Positions 62,856 to 64,000 of a stretch of DNA of 64,000 nt are shown piece after piece. Under the pieces are notes generated by a model that was given only the letters and a program-made list of their open reading frames with translations, made no database searches and was not told where the DNA came from. Position 1 is the first letter of the stretch; each line of letters opens with the position of its first letter. This DNA is from Mustelus asterias (taxonomy: Eukaryota). A program made the position numbers and the translations under genes. The stretch is from NCBI RefSeq assembly GCF_964213995.1, contig NC_135814.1, forward strand, positions 83,824,001 through 83,888,000. Reading direction: 5' to 3'.

Positions 62856-63379
62856 TTCAATAGGGGAATCACCCTTTTGTACAGGAACTACAGAGTCTTT
62901 TTCTCAGTTTGAACATCCTCCAAGAAGGAATACTTCAAGCTTTCCTGAGGTGGCTGTGTTTCAGCTCCCTGGGTCTAACAGCCTCCAGTGTCCCACCAAT
63001 GAGTCCGAGGACTGGAAAAGCAGAAAGTTGCAAGACCACACCCTCAGCACCTTCCCTTTCTGAGGTTTCTTAAGCACATAAGTAATGAAAGGGGAACCGT
63101 ACATGAATATACTAAGAATGTTGCTCAACATGGGAGCCAAATGGCATGTTTGGTTATCATTAATTCCAGTGGGACTATGCTCAGGTGATCATTAACTCAT
63201 TCTCATGGACAAGATGAACTTGGAGAGGGCTGATAGGAGAGAAACTAGAGAAAAATGAAAGGCCAGGGTTGGGAAATATTCAGAGGGAGTGGCTCGATAG
63301 TCCAGTGGACGTATTACAGAGGCAGCCGTACATTCAACAGGGGAATCACCCTTTTGTACTGGAACTACAGGGTCTTTTT
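62856..63379. repeat. 47-bp direct repeat pair (62856-62902, 63333-63379)
   Basis: ttcaaYaggggaatcacccttttgtacWggaactacagRgtcttttt, with 3 mismatches and 477-bp spacing. Confidence 0.8.
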
Positions 63380-64000
63380 TGAAATTGTCATTCATTTAAC
63401 TGTTTACATGCTGTGACTGTAGATAGGGCATACACAGATCTCCAAGAGTTTTTAAAAAGAAAAGAGAATAGTATTTATTGTACTTAAACCTGGTCAAAGT
63501 AAAATAAAGAAATTTTCACTCAGACATGCAGATCTGAAGTTCACAAATACACTAATAGATGACAGTGCGGAAACATAGATTCAGCAATTTAAAGGCCAGT
63601 AAAACTGAAGGAGAAATGGATGCTGAAGGTTTGTGACTTGGTTAGCTTCAGGATGAACTCAGTAGTCTTTCTGGGTTCTGCATCAATGTGGTGCAATTGT
63701 TGCCGGTTGATTTATCTTTCCTTCCTGAAAAAGCAGCTGCTCGGTTGATTCTTTACTTTCTGCACGAAATTCAGCAGTCAGGACTGAACACTTACAAGCC
63801 AAATAGAAAGAAAAAGAGAGAGAGAGAGCATTTCTTTATTCTCTGTTCTGCAGAGAGAAAAAAAATGCTTCAACACAAAAATTGACATCTGTCCAATTGT
63901 CTGGAGACACAAATATGGACATGGTAAGTGGATTCTACTGATTGACTCACATGATTGGATTTTGTCTTTTCTGGGCAGAGTCCGATTGTCAAAATTATAT

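Noticed and set aside
63380-64000. Possible LTR-like or other repeat at the right edge
   Set aside because: No termini, TSD or coding motif that I can verify within the window.

Overview
This window is vertebrate genomic DNA, most likely from a cartilaginous fish (inferred from the shark-type gamma-S1-like protein and an HE1-like SINE). It is almost entirely a head-to-tail tandem array of three-exon gamma-crystallin genes on the + strand. There are six complete copies (g2-g7, 175 aa each) plus the last exon of g1, with exon-3 periods of 10295, 12253, 12247, 11559, 7486 and 7385 bp. All long ORFs in the ORF track belong to CR1-clade LINEs inserted in intron 2 and amplified passively with the gene. 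Comparing filled and empty sites between copies reconstructs the locus history. At least four independent CR1 insertions hit about 210 bp of one intron. g1/g2 carry a chimeric LINE with an associated deletion, and g2 has a SINE nested in its LINE. A growing poly-G tract fuses ORF1 to ORF2 in g4 and borders a 668-bp loss in g5. The spacers of units 1-5 carry a solo LTR. Other notable points are a conserved GC-AG first intron, a TATA-box mutation in g4, mosaic variant sharing, and evidence that g2-g6 combine the upstream region of g7 with a different gene body. I do not see a clearly new molecular system. The best candidates for follow-up are the hybrid, LINE-loaded crystallin amplicon and the host-ATG/RT fusion ORFs. 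Coordinates were read by eye, so element ends are +/- a few bp and decayed elements +/- tens of bp.
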